Source: Balamuthia mandrillaris (Eukaryota). Taken from it: a DNA stretch of 64,000 nt. The stretch covers positions 186,001 through 250,000 of the forward strand of contig JAVKOQ020000011.1 in the NCBI GenBank assembly GCA_031835245.2, given 5' to 3'. Below, piece by piece: positions 1-12,566 of the stretch. The stretch's first letter is position 1, and each line of letters begins with the position of its first letter. The notes below the pieces were generated by a model, which was given only the letters and a program-made list of their open reading frames with translations, made no database searches and had not been told where the DNA came from. The translations under genes were made by a program, and so were the position numbers.

Positions 1-1
1 A

Positions 2-745
2 GTGGGAGAGGTGATGGGTCAGCCCCAAGCCAAGCAGTTGGGCTACTTCCCCCTCAAAGGACTCGACTTTGAGATGCTTGTCCTTCAGCTGGTGCCACGT
101 TCCCTCCAGGCGAGGCGGTTCCCAGAGCCCAAGGCGGCGGATGGCCCTGCCACAGGCGCCCTGCGGGACAAGCTACATGACTTGGAGGCAGAGAACCAGG
201 CCCTCCTCCAGCGCATGAAGGACATGGAGAGCAAGGCCGAGGACGCCAGGGAGAAGGCCCAGAAGTTGAAGGACACTCTTCAGGAAATGTACGAGGAGTT
301 TGCCAACGGCAGCAACACCAGCAAGCTTGAGGCCTTGGTCCTGCAGATGACCAAGCTACTTGAAGGGCAGGAGCTGCTCAAGAAAGACCTGGACCAGACC
401 GCTCAGAGTAGCACCAGCCTGGTGGAGAATGTCAAGGGTGTGGAGAATCAGATGGACGTAGTGAAGGCCGATGTGAGGGCCATGATGGAGAAGAAGCTGC
501 TGGAGCTCAAGGCACAGAATGAGGAGCGGGCCAGACAGTATGAACTGCTCTCTGAGGAACTCAACCGAAAGAATTCCGAGGTCTACTTGTTGATGGAGGA
601 GAAGGAGAGCTTCATGTCTGAGTTCAAGGAGAGGAGGCAGGAACTGGAGAACGTGTTGCAGAATTACTCTCGTACCACTGAAAGGATGGAGGAGATGGTG
701 AACAAGTACACCGACAGGTTGCTTCATCCTCCTTCCTCTGAGTGA
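2..745 (+). CDS. 3' part (5' truncated by window) of a protein with a probable class III nucleotidyl cyclase C-terminal tail followed by a long coiled coil
   Basis: Open frame from the window edge. 'LGYFPLKGLD...LQLVPRSLQARRFP' resembles the LKG...P..L..R.FP end of protist/fungal cyclase domains, followed by heptad-rich E/K/L sequence. Confidence 0.55.
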   Translation: MGEVMGQPQAKQLGYFPLKGLDFEMLVLQLVPRSLQARRFPEPKAADGPATGALRDKLHDLEAENQALLQRMKDMESKAEDAREKAQKLKDTLQEMYEEFANGSNTSKLEALVLQMTKLLEGQELLKKDLDQTAQSSTSLVENVKGVENQMDVVKADVRAMMEKKLLELKAQNEERARQYELLSEELNRKNSEVYLLMEEKESFMSEFKERRQELENVLQNYSRTTERMEEMVNKYTDRLLHPPSSE

Positions 746-1039
746 TGTGGAGGCAAAAGACACAAAAAAAAAATAAAAAAGCGATGCACGAAGAGACACG
801 TTCCTCCTTTTTACAGTGGAACTTGCTTTTAACGAAGAGGGGCGTGTTGAAGGTCTTGACGAAGCGGACAAACGGAGGAAAAGGAGAGAAAGAGAGAGAG
901 AGAGATGCAGCTTGATTGGCTTTGTTTATTATCGTTTCATCCCCTGTGCACTCCAAAAGAAACAAAGCGCGGGCGAGCACCTTCGTGCTTTTCACATGTG
1001 TTCGTCTGTTTTGGTTCTGTTCCTTTGACAACTGTGGTT

Positions 1040-1774
1040 TTACTCGCGAGCGGGACCACCACGTCCAAAGCTTGGGCGGCCACCCTCCCTTCTGTAAGAG
1101 TCCCTTCCTCCAGGAGCAGCACCAGCAGGTCGTCCACGGCCAAAACCGCCAGGGCGGGCACCCTGTTTGATTGCATGTAAGTTGCCTCGTCAAGTCTTTG
1201 GTGAAAGGAGAAGGTGAAGGTGACGTACAAAGCTGGGTTGGAAATCACGGCCAGGGCCGACCTTCTTCTCATCGGCACCAAAAGCACGTCTCTCACCACC
1301 AGGAGCGGGTCTGCGAGCAGGGAGAGCAGCGCGAGGCTGAGTTCTGGGCTTCTTCAGGGTGGCGGGAACAATCTCAGCGGGCAAGTGCAAAAAGTCGCGC
1401 AAGTACTGGATTCCCTCGTTTGTGAGGAACCAGTAATAGCACCTCCAGGCGAACTGCTCGCGGCAGTAACCGCGGGAAACCATGGATTGCATCAACTTGC
1501 ACACCCACAAGTTGGGAACATCGACATCAGGGTGCTTGGTCATGGTGTGGTCTTTCTTGGCCACCAAAACTCCCTCTGAGAAAGAAAGGAAGGAATAACA
1601 TCAGACCACCAAACATCGAAATCAATCCAACCACTCGTGATCTGATTCTCTTTCCGCAAGAATCACCAACAAGCCAGAGGATGTAACAATTGAAAAAAAA
1701 GGGAGGCAGATCAAAACTTTACCCTTGAAGAGGTAAGAGTAGACAGCAATTCGGCTCTTCTTTGGGACGAGCAT
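1040..1774 (-). CDS. RPS10: 40S ribosomal protein S10 (eS10), 3 exons
   Basis: [26 protein letters not shown]...[13 protein letters not shown]...[37 protein letters not shown], then an RGG-rich tail. Introns ~1577-1722 and ~1163-1228 are GT-AG. Confidence 0.97.
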
Positions 1775-2325
1775 TGTGATCACAGTTGAGGAATCTTTTC
1801 GAGCGAAACACACACAGGGGAGCGGCACGCAACGAGGCCTTTTTGCAGAAGCTGGTAGAAAAAGTAAATTTTTAACAGAGAGCGAAAAACCAAGAAACCA
1901 AAATGGGGGGGAGGATGGGGGATCGTGCCGCTGCGTACCGGAATGACGTCAGTGCCTCCCTCCAAAAACCCAATCGAAAATCAAAAACCCTTTGAAAAAA
2001 AATACGGAGTTTCCTCCATTCCCAAAACCCCTCATGGAGTTTTTTTTGCCGACCATTCAAGTTTATCCTTTTTTTTTTTTTTCATTGATAAATTGCTCTC
2101 ATTCCATTTGACATTTTTGGAGGACTGAAAGAAAAAAAGAAAGCAAAAAGGAGAGAAAGAAACAAGTGGTGGTTCTTCCTTCTTCCCCCCCCTCTTTGTC
2201 AACAACAGTTACTTTGGTTGGTAGTAAAACAGATCTTCAGCTGCATCCCTCCCCCCAAAAAAACCAACCTAATAAAATATTAATCTCTTCCCGTTTCTTT
2301 TCGAAAAAAAAAAAGCTCAAGCGGG

Positions 2326-3761
2326 ATGGAACAACAACAAAAGAAAACGATCTTGGTGACTGGCGGAGCAGGCTTCATCGGCTCTCACCTATGCGCAAGG
2401 TTGGTGAAGGAGGGTAACAACGTCGTCTGCCTGGACAACTTTTTCACTGGCCGACGGGAAAACCTGGAGGAGCTCCTCTCCAAAGACAATTTCACCATCG
2501 TGGAGCACGATGTGGAGAAGCCTTACCTTCCCTCCGATTACAAGTTTGACCAGATCTATCATCTCGCCTGTCCTGGTTTGTTTTTTTCTTCGTGCTCTCT
2601 CTCTCTCTCTCTCTCTCTCGCTCTCCATTCTGCTGTCTCTTTCTTTTGTGCTCTCATTCTTCTCTCTCTCTCTCTCTCTTTTGGTGGAAGAACTTAAACT
2701 ATTTGATTTTGTTTGTCGTTGTTTTAACTGTAACAACCAGCTTCCCCGCCTCACTACCAACTGGACTCCATTCAAACGGCGAGGACTTGCTTCCTTGGCT
2801 CGTTGAACCTTTTGGAGCTCGCCAAACGTGACGGAGCTAGGATTTTGCTCGGTACTCCTTTTTCTTTTTGCTTTTTTTTTCCAAACACGCCGCCTTCCTC
2901 TTCTTTGCTTCTTTCCTTTCTTTTTTTCACTTCTTTTTTTTTTCCATTTCCATTTCATTTTTTCTTTCTTTTTTCTCTCGTTTGTTTCTGCCATTAATTT
3001 CTCTTTGTTGTGTTCTTTTTCTTTTCTTCCAGCTTCCACCTCGGAGGTATATGGAGATCCTACACCAGAGAACCACCCACAAGTAGAGAGCTACAGAGGA
3101 AATGTCAACTGCACAGGACCTCGTGCCTGGTATCTCTCTTCTCTCTCTGCTCTCTCTCTCTCTGCTCTCTCTCTCTCCCTCTCAGCCATCTCTTACCTCC
3201 ACTTTTTTTTGCAACAGTTACGATGAAGGTAAACGTATCAGTGAGACCCTATTCTTCGACTACCAAAGACAACACAACGTCAACATCTGCGTGGTACGCA
3301 TCTTCAACACGTACGGCCCCAACATGCGCGCTGACGACGGCCGCGTCGTCTCCAACTTTATCGTGCAAGCCCTCAAGGGCAACGACCTTACGGTTTACGG
3401 CGACGGCAGCCAGACGCGCAGCTTTGCCTATGTCACCGACACTATGGACGGTCTCTACAGGCTGATGAACAGCCCCAAGCACGTGGGACCGTTCAACATT
3501 GGTAATCCTCTGGAGTTCACGGTGAAGGAGTTGGCCGAGAGAGTTATCCAAGTGGTGAATCCCTCCGTGAAGGTCTGCTACAAAGAGCTTCCGGTGGATG
3601 ACCCGACGAGGAGGAAGCCGGACATCACGGCCGCTAAGGAGGCGCTTGGGTGGGAGCCGCGGGTTGGCATCGAGGAAGGACTGAAGCAAACAATAGAGTA
3701 TTTCGCGGGGCAGGTGGAGAGAGAGAAGTCAAAGGAGGCAGCTGTAACGAATGTCAACTAA
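2326..3761 (+). CDS. UXS1: UDP-glucuronate decarboxylase / UDP-xylose synthase, 4 exons
   Basis: [91 protein letters not shown]; canonical introns. Confidence 0.96.
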
Positions 3762-4013
3762 CAACGGTTGTTTTTGTTTTTTTCTCTCTCCTATCTTTCT
3801 TGTCGTTTCTTTCGTTAGTTTTTTTTTTTTGTCGTTTCTTTTCTTTCTTTCTTGTCGTTTCTTTTCTTTCTTTCTTGTCGTTTCTTTCTTTTCTTTTCTT
3901 TGCTTGGTTGGAATGGGCTCCGTTACTGCACAAGTACTGCAACAATGAAAAAAAAAATGATAAAACAACTTTTGATTTTTGATTGGTTATCTGTGACTAT
4001 CTATTTTAGATCT

Positions 4014-5396
4014 ATGGGAAACCGACAAAGAAAGGGATGGCAGAAAACATTCAAGGCTTGCTCTGCTTCTGAAGTCGCGCCTTCCCACGGACAGCGCATA
4101 AACTCGAAGCGGCCACATCATGAAGAAGAAGGAGAAGAAGAAGGAACTACAGATTCCAAAGACAATACCTCTAAACTACTTACAAAGAAACAGAAGCAGG
4201 GAGCGAGGGAAAAGACAACAAAGGAACACGAGATAGAAGAATCGCTTCCTTCCGCCACAGTGCCAACTAGCGAGCCTACTCACTGCTGGGTGGAAGAACT
4301 TTTGCCGGAGGAAGTGCTGTGCGTGATATTGGACAAGCTTCCTAAGAATGACGTCGGGCCAGCAGCCAGGACATGCCGCAGGTGGTACGCTTGCAGCCCT
4401 GTGCACCTCCGGCAGAAGCTGTCCGTGAGGTGGGCCTGTTCCTCTCTGGCCACCTTGCAATGGGCACGTTTTCAACAGGACTGCCCATGGAACACAGAAA
4501 TCTGTAAGATAGCTGCCGGCAAGGGGAATATGGAGGTGCTGCGATGGGCGCGAGCAAATGGATGCCCTTGGGACAAGTGGACCTGCGTTGGAGCTGCGAA
4601 ACGTGGGCATTTAGAGATGTTGAAATGGGCAAGAGAGAATGGCTGTCCTTGGGACGAGTGGACCTGCGCCAAAGCGGCAAGGAACGGCCACTTTGTGCTG
4701 TTAAAATGGGCAAGAGAGAATGGCTGCCCTTGGAACCATCTCACCTGCTCCTTAGCTGCCCGTGGCGGCAATCTTGAGATATTACAGTGGGCGAGAGCAA
4801 ATGGATGCTCTTGGACCCAATGGACCTGCGCCTACGCTGCATCTAATGGGCATTTAGCAGTCTTGCAATGGGCCAGAGAAAACGGATGTCATTGGGGCGA
4901 GTGGATTTGTGCCCATGCTGCTCAGCATGGCCACTTGGAGGTGTTGCGATGGGCAAGAGCAAACGGATGTCCTTGGGATGAGAGCACTTGCAAGTGTGCC
5001 GCATTGCACGGCGATTTGAGGGTATTGAAATGGGCCAGAGAGAATGGCTGTCCTTGGGACGAGGAGACCTGCTCCTACGCCGCTGAATCCGGCCATTTGG
5101 AAGTGCTGCAGTGGGCTAGAGCGAATGGATGTCCTTGGAACGAGGAGACTAGCAAGTTTGCGGCCAGGAAAGGCCAATTGAAGGTGCTGCAGTGGGCAAG
5201 AGCAAACGGATGCCCTTGGAACGAGGAGACTAGCAAGTGGGCTGCCAAGGAAGGGCGGTTGGAAGTGCTGCAGTGGGCCATAGCGAACGGGTGCCCGTGG
5301 GACAAGCAAACTTGTAAGAAAAGCGCAACAAGCAGAAGGCGGGAGAAAGTGTTGAAATGGTTGAAAGGGATTCCCCAGGATTCCTCGAGGTGTTAA
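4014..5396 (+). CDS. Intronless F-box + ankyrin-like repeat protein (WARxNGCPW family)
   Basis: F-box-like 'LLPEEVLCVILDKLP...AARTCRRWY' followed by ~11 tandem 25-aa repeats L.WARxNGCPW...TC..AA..GH. ATG at 4014 chosen. Confidence 0.9.
   Translation: MGNRQRKGWQKTFKACSASEVAPSHGQRINSKRPHHEEEGEEEGTTDSKDNTSKLLTKKQKQGAREKTTKEHEIEESLPSATVPTSEPTHCWVEELLPEEVLCVILDKLPKNDVGPAARTCRRWYACSPVHLRQKLSVRWACSSLATLQWARFQQDCPWNTEICKIAAGKGNMEVLRWARANGCPWDKWTCVGAAKRGHLEMLKWARENGCPWDEWTCAKAARNGHFVLLKWARENGCPWNHLTCSLAARGGNLEILQWARANGCSWTQWTCAYAASNGHLAVLQWARENGCHWGEWICAHAAQHGHLEVLRWARANGCPWDESTCKCAALHGDLRVLKWARENGCPWDEETCSYAAESGHLEVLQWARANGCPWNEETSKFAARKGQLKVLQWARANGCPWNEETSKWAAKEGRLEVLQWAIANGCPWDKQTCKKSATSRRREKVLKWLKGIPQDSSRC
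4455..5365 (+). repeat. 75-bp coding tandem repeat (ankyrin-like units)
   Basis: Recurrent tgggc(a/c/t)agag(c/a)..aa(t/c)gg.tg.cc.tgg units at 75-nt spacing. Confidence 0.9.
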
Positions 5397-5507
5397 AGGA
5401 GAATGCGGATAACTGAAAACACATTCTTCATCTCATTGTTTTTTTAAAAAAACCCGCAAGAGAAAGGTTTCGTGGTCCTGGTTTTGGTGGGTAGAGAAGA
5501 GAGCAGA

Positions 5508-6792
5508 TCAGAGAGAAAAGCTTTCAAAGAGTTCCACAAGACGTTCTGCCATAAGGGTGGGATCGCCACCAAGGCAGATGTAGACTCCGGGACAAAGCCG
5601 CTCGGCAAGGCCCAACACCACCAAAAAGTCTGCATCGTTGCCAACGCCAACTGCATACCGTATGTGCCGCAATACTTCGCTTCCCAAAACCTCGGTGTGT
5701 GCCCTAGCCCTAACAAAAACAGAAATGAGAAAATGGTGGGGCAAGTGAAGAGAGCAGAAGTAGAGATAAACATACACTTCGGACTCAGCGTATTTGATGA
5801 GGAGGACGGCCTTGCGAACTAAGAGACGCATGGACTGGGCGGCTACTGCCTCTCTCAGTCCTACTGGCAGCTTTAATACCTGTTTATCCGTCATTGTGAG
5901 AAAGACATCTAGATGAGAGAGAGAAAGAGCAGGCAAGAGAATGAGAGCCAAAAAGAGAGGAAGAAGAACCAATTTCAACAAGTCCTCAACGTAAGGAGAA
6001 TTTTCATGAACGGGTTTGAGTAAGCCTCCATTAGTTGGTTGTTGTTTGACAGAAGTTGCCGCGGCCTGTTGTGATGGTACTCGAGCTGAGTATTGCGTCT
6101 CCTGCATCGCGGGGCGAGGGGAAGCTGAATATTTGCTATTGTTGTTGATGTTGTTGGGTAAAGGAGAGGCGGTAGAGGAGGATAACTGTGAAGCAGGAGA
6201 AGAGGAAGAAGGAGGTGAGGAAGAAGAATGTTGGTCTTGTGCAGCAGAGAAAAGTAAGAGAGGAGAAGCGGTAGACGAAGAGGAAGGCGGGGTCTGAACG
6301 TCAGGAACAGAAGACGATGCGAGTTTACTCAAGAGCTGATCTTGGTCGAGCACAAAAGGCCGCACTTGTGGAAGTTGTTGCTGTGAAGGAGAGGTAGAAG
6401 GAACGACAGTAGAAAATGGAGAAGAAGATAAAGTAGCTGGAGCTGAAGAGTAAGGAGAGGTAGAGTGTGAAGAAGGAAGTGGGGCGTCTCCCATCATCAT
6501 CATCGTCATTGTTGTCGTTGGCGCGTCCAAGCTCAACAAAGTGCGAAGCTCCCTTTCCATGAACCGTTGTCTCATGTGAACGTATTCGTGGTAAATCTTT
6601 GTTTGGGTGATGGACTTGGTGGCGAGGTTGACGACAGTGGTCGGCAGCAAGGACTGGATAAGCTTGTTCTCGGATATCGAGGTCTTTATTTGTTGTTTTG
6701 TGGGTATATATTAGAATTCCAACAGTTGAAAGGTAAAAGGAAGTGGGGAAAAAAGAGGAGAAAGGGGATATATAAGATGTGTAAACGAGAGG

Positions 6793-6824
<32 letters not shown>

Positions 6825-9681
6825 CGAGAGAACTTTACCCCACGAACACCTTGCAAAAGAAGACCAGGCACATAACCATGGTTCTATTATTCAGCGAGTG
6901 AAAGAAAGAGGAAGTCAACGCCAAAGGCTGCTCATTTTTTTTTTAAAATAAAAAAGCAGGAAAGAGATCAACGCACAGTAATGAGGGAAGACCGTTTTCG
7001 GTCATCCTGACTTTGAAACAGTGATAAAGTATTTACAAACTATGTGCAACAAATACAAAATAAAAATAATCAGCAATCATTACTTTTATGCAGAACAACG
7101 AAAGACGTACGGCGTTCACAAGGGCTTCATCCTCGCCTACAACCACCGTGCAACCATGTGTTTGAAAATGAGACGTAACAGCTCTGTGTGTTTGTGTTAG
7201 TTTTTAACGAAAGGATGTCAACAAAAAAAAGAACTAATGAAGAGAGAAGTTAAACGTACTTGACGAGAAAATCAAAGGGGAAAGGCAAAGATTTGATGGT
7301 GAAAAGAGTTGTTTGAACAGGGTAGGGAAGAATAGAATAATACATGGCCTCCATCCGAGACGAGAAGCGAGGCAATAACATGCCAGAAAAGATGCTTAAA
7401 CTGGCTTTTACTGTCTTATTCATCTATTTGTTGAAAGAAGAGAACAAGTCAAATAAAGAAGAGAGCGTGCGTATGTGAGAGAGAGAGAGAGAGAGAGAGA
7501 GCAGAGAGCAGCGAGCAGAGAGAGAATAGGGTGAAGCGCACCAAAAGAACTCGTAGCATATGAAGCAATCTCATTGCATTATCATGCACAAGTGGATAAA
7601 GCTCTAAGAACCGTGGCATATGTTCCCTTCGCAACAAAATACAAAATGAGAACCTGCTTAAGTTCTTATAACGTCGTTTACGCTCTGCTCTTTCTCGTGC
7701 TCTTCTTTCTCTTCTTCTCCTAAAAAAGCGACCTCCACTCTCGTCTGTTCCTGTTCCTCCTTCGCCAACAATAGCATCATCTCCAGAAAGGAGGCCATCC
7801 AAACTGTTCACTCGTTTGTTGTTGTCACTGTTGTTGTTGCTGTAATCACTTTCATCATCATTGTCGCTTTCCTCGTCACTATCATCACTATCACCGCTGT
7901 CTTCATAATCGCCATTTTCTTCTTCGATGTTATACCAATAGAAGGAGGCAGCCAAAGCCTCTCTCTCCGTTTGCTTTATTTCGCCTTCTTCTTTTGCTTT
8001 GCTTACTCCTTCGTCGATGTTGTCTGCTTTTTTGTTATTCTCACGTTCATTCGAAGAAACTAGTTCTTCCTCCAACTCGCCTCCTCCAGATTGTTCAGGT
8101 CTTTTACCATGATCATCGGAGGAGGATGGAAATGGCGAAGATGAAGCATCTTGTTTCATTTTCTTATCTTCCACATCGTTAGAAACATTTTCACCTCTTG
8201 TCATTTGTGAAAGTGACGGCAACAGCGAAGACGAGGAAATACTTGCACTCGCTCTTCGTTGCGTTCGTTTCAACGGGCTTACTCCTCCTTTCGTATGATA
8301 AAGATGAGAGTTGTGTTGATTGGTGTTGTTTTGTTGTTGCTGAGGTTGTTGTTGATTGCTGTTGTTACTGTTGCTTTGTGAAGCAAGCGAAAGAGATAGT
8401 TGCATAGATGTTCGGGCTTTTCTTACTCTTGTTCTTCGTTTCTTTTCCTTGTAACACAATGGAGCAGTGAAGATGAGAGCCATGCCCACATGTCCGCTCA
8501 CCGGAAACGTGTGAAACTTGCAGTGAATGTCGGATTCGGCGTCTAATGTACCGTCTTCGCTCAGCTCACCTTATTATGAAGCAAGTAAGAAAGGAGAAGA
8601 AGGAAAAAGAAGAAAAAAGGTATTACCGCTGAGAGTTTCCTTTGCTGCTTGCATTTGTAAATCCTCATCCACCACTTCTGTTCCAAACCATATCTATTTA
8701 TTCATTTGTTGGTTTGTTTCCGGCGTTAGCAAATGGGAAGAAGAAAGAGAGAAAGAGAGAAACGAAGAAAGAAAGGAGGAAGGATAAGAAAGAAGATGTA
8801 TGAAAAAAAAAACACAAAAAAACCTGCTCTATACGAGGACCAAATACATTATCCCATAAAGAGAGTTGAAGGGCGGAGAGCCATGACGTACTTCCGTCTT
8901 CCAACCATTCCATTGTCTTTGAACGTAACTCAGGCGCTCTAAATGCTGTTTAGTTTCATTTTTAGTATGATTAAAGAAATGGGAGAAGAGAGAAGAGAGG
9001 AAGGAGGAATGAGAGAATGACAGAAGAGAGGCCAGCAACAGAAGAATGAAGAAAGGGGTGAAGCAAACCGTTTCTACGACGACGAGCAGCTTTAGAACGT
9101 CTCTGCTTCCGACGAGGAGGTGCTCCACCGCTCTGCTCTCGTCTTTGTGTTGTAGTTGCAGAGGGTAAAGAAGAAGCAGAAGGTGGGGAAGCTGAAAGCG
9201 GAACAGAAGAAGGCCAATGAGCAGTCACGTCTGCAATGCGTTTCGACGAGGAAGCGTTTGAAGCGAGGTCCGTGCCGGACGGTTCGCGCGAAGTGGAAGC
9301 AGAAGCTTCGCGCGACGACGAAGAGGCTGGAGCCGGTGCAAACAGAGCGTTCCACAAAGGAGCAAAGAAGCCTCCTCCGCCGCCATTGTTTTGTTTCTTG
9401 TTGTTGTTTTTGGCATCTTCTGCATTGTTGATGCTGTAAGCGGCCTGTTCTTCTTCTTGTTCTTCTTCGGGTTCTTTCTCTGCTACTTGTTGTTTTTGTG
9501 GTTGCGTTTCTTCATTCTCTTCTTCTTCCTCCTCCTCCTCCTCCTCCTCGCCGTTGTTGTCCAGAAGCAGAACACGCCGTTCTACTTCTTCTAGCTCTTC
9601 CTCCGCCTCCGCCTCCTTTACCTTGCTGTCCTCGGTGTGATAAACTGCAGCAGTGGTAGTTGTGGCGGCTACTACTTCCAT
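5508..9681 (-). CDS. C9orf72: C9orf72 homolog (longin/DENN-family), multi-exon
   Basis: Spliced segments match recalled C9orf72 motifs: WDNVFGPRIEQV (~WDNILGPRV), AAKETLSG, CKFHTFP..GMALIF, TSHFQTHGCTVVVG, PGLLLQG, LPTTVVNLAT...HEYVHMRQRFMEREL and C-terminal AERLCPG. Confidence 0.88.
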
Positions 9682-10081
9682 TTATTTTGTGTGCTCTCCT
9701 TCCCCCAAAGGAAGGGTGTTTCTTTTTTTTTTTAAAAAAAAAAACAAACAAACACAAACACACACACGACCGAATGATTCGATGAGTTCCTTCAAATAAA
9801 TGAGTACACCCAAAAATCAAAGAAAAAAAAAACGAACAAAAAAACTCGACGGAATATCAACTTGGGCAGCAGTGCCGCACGCTCGAAGAGAGAGAGAGAG
9901 AGAGAGAGAGAGCCGTTCCGTCTAGAACCACCGGGCGGGGCCACTACCTCGCCCTCACCACACCGCACGAGGAGGATGATACGAAAAAAGAGTAGTCGCT
10001 CCTCTTTTTATCCTCCCACTTTTCAATTTTTTCTTTTCCGTCGGTCAACAAAAATGGAAAAATACCATAAATTGTTTATTT

Positions 10082-10176
10082 GTCGACATGAAGATGTCGA
10101 CTAGAACCTATCACATACAGGGACGACACGAATAGCCAAACGTCGGCAATAAATCACAAGGTTTTTTCATGTCGTC
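10082..10176. promoter_or_regulatory. Cluster of TTCRYGTCGWC motifs in the C9orf72/DNAJC11 divergent promoter
   Basis: Matches at 10082-10092(-), 10122-10132(-) and 10166-10176(+). Confidence 0.55.
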
Positions 10177-10253
10177 ATTGAGATGCAATTACCGTGTCGT
10201 CCCGACTATACCAAGAAAAAAATTTTTATTTTTGCTTAGAGAAAAGAAAAGAA

Positions 10254-12531
10254 ATGAGCGCAGCAGAGGGAGAGGGAGCTGCCACGCCTGCCGCTGTGGA
10301 GGAGGAGACCGACTACTACGCCCTCCTCGGCATTCCTCGCGACAGCGACCAAGCCACCGTCAAAAAGGCCTACAAGAAATTGGCCGCCACTTTTCACCCC
10401 GACCGACATGCCTCCTCCTCCGCTACTGCTTCCTCCTCCTCCGGAGCTGCCGCTGAGCGCTTCACCAAAATCACGGAAGCCTATGAGACGCTGATGGATG
10501 ACCAGAAGAGGGCTGTCTACGACAAGTACGGAGCCAACGCTTGCAGGACGCTGGCGGATCACTTGAAGACGCCTGAAGAGGTTTTCTGTCTTTCTCTCAC
10601 TGATTTTTTTTTGTTATTCTTTCATTTATTCTGATTTTCTTCTTGTTCTTCTTCTTGTTCTCCTTCTTGTTCTTCTTCTTCTCTCTCTCTCTCTCTCTCT
10701 CTCTCTTTGAAAAAAAAAATAGTTGGAAGAGCTTTTGTCCAAGATGGATAGACAAAAGACGAAACAAGCGCTCAGACAGAGGTTCAAGATGCATGGGCAG
10801 ACCGTCATGGTGCCGGCGTGGGCCTTTATCTACCATCCTCGCTCTGGCCTGTTGGTGCCCGCTCCTCTCATTGGACATTTGGCCCTCTCTCAAAGCTATG
10901 AGGTGTTTCTTCTTCTTCTCGCTTCTCTCTTCTCTTTGCCGTTCTCTCTCTCTCTTTCTCTCTTTCTCTCTTTCTCTCTTTCTCTCTTTCTCTCTTTCTC
11001 TCTTTCTCTCTCTTATCTGCAACACGATCTAACGATAATAGTAATTTAATAAATAGGAGCAAATAGGAGAGAACTATGGTTTAGTGTTAGGAACTATGCT
11101 TACAATGACGCATATGGCAAAGTCATCAGGAGATGGCCAATTCTTGGTGGGGGTGCGCCGTTACTTTGGGGTTGATAAATCCAGCCAGCTTTACACCCAA
11201 CTAGGCTTGGGGCTGAACGTCATCAACCTTCGTTCCGAATATCAAGCTCGTCTTTCTCCTTCCAGGTATTAACTCTTCCTCTTTCATCGGTTTCTCTTTT
11301 CCTCTTCGCGCCTTTCTTTTCTTTGACGATGTACACCTCGTTTTTATCCCCTTTTCTGACACAACGCAACAGTCACGGAAGCGTAAGTGGCTATGTAGAC
11401 ACCCAAGGAGGTTCGTTGTCCTTGGGTTACGTGGAAGCCTTATCAGAGGGGTCGCGTGGTTCTGTCACCCTATCAATGGGCAACCAAAACCAGATCAAGG
11501 CTCTCTATGAGACCAACGAGCTGCTCCCTGACGGAACGCTCACTGCTGGTCTTAAGGTTTGTTCTTTCCTCTGTTTTTTGTAATAGACCAAGAGACCATA
11601 TTTACCTTGTGTTCACCCTACAAAAACACAACAGTTTTCAGATATCGACTTTACAAGCGACTTTCCGTTTCCACTTCCCTCCTTTCAACTCAACTACTCT
11701 ACACGCCTCTCCTCCCTCGAAAAGATCGAACTGGGAGGATCTTTCAAGCTCTTCTCTTCTTCTTCTTTCTCCGCTTTACCTCCACTTTCTTCCTCTGTTT
11801 CTTCTGTTTCAGCATTATCTTTATCCTTATTTGGCGCCTTTCTTCCATCGTTCCATCTCTCCTATCGTCGCTCTCTCTCCTCCAACTCAAAGTTTGGCCT
11901 TACTTCCTCCATCTCCATTAGTGGCGGTACACGTCTAGACTTTTGGTATCAACACTACGATCAAAAGCTTGTCTTTCCTCAAGTTCTCTCTTTCCCTCTC
12001 CTGCCTTTCTTTCAACAGCTCGTATCCGATCTTCTTCTCCTTGCATCCTCACCTTCATCCAACGAAGTGGATGTTCTTTCTTCCACTTCCGCGTTAGAAC
12101 TTCAACAGCAACAAAATTTCGAAGCGACTTCTTCGGCCATTCAAATGGTGGTTTCGTTATTATTGAGAGGAACGATCACAATGTTGCCGCCAGTGGCGAT
12201 GGCACTTGCTGGCAAATATTGGCTCAACCCAAAGAGACAAAGAGAAAAGCGAGAGAAGAGAGCGCAGAGAAAGATGGCGAGGGCCAAATCGGTGGAGGAG
12301 CGAAGAAAACAGGCAGAGATGGACGTAGAGCTGATGAGAGCAACTGTTCGGAGCAAGCAAAACAAGGAGAGGAGCAAAGGTGGTCTGGTCATTCTGGAGG
12401 CCAAGTATGGCTGTTTCTCAGATGAGGAGGAGAAGAAGAAGAGAAAGATGAAAGAGAAGGAAGAGAAGAGAACGACTGCAACTCCAAAGTTTCGATCATG
12501 GTTTTCTTCTGGGGGAGGACTCGATGACAAT

Positions 12532-12566
<35 letters not shown>

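Noticed and set aside
1944..1951. TGACGTCA (CRE-like) palindrome in the RPS10/UXS1 promoter
   Set aside because: A single 8-mer is expected by chance in 64 kb; no supporting recurrence.
4455..5365. Regularly spaced repeats resembling a CRISPR array
   Set aside because: Contiguous 75-bp in-frame coding repeats with no unique spacers and no cas genes; eukaryotic context.
8941..9068. Apparent frameshift between C9orf72 exons 1 and 2
   Set aside because: Using the upstream aaacag acceptor rather than tttag restores the frame (N-A-F-R-A-P-E).
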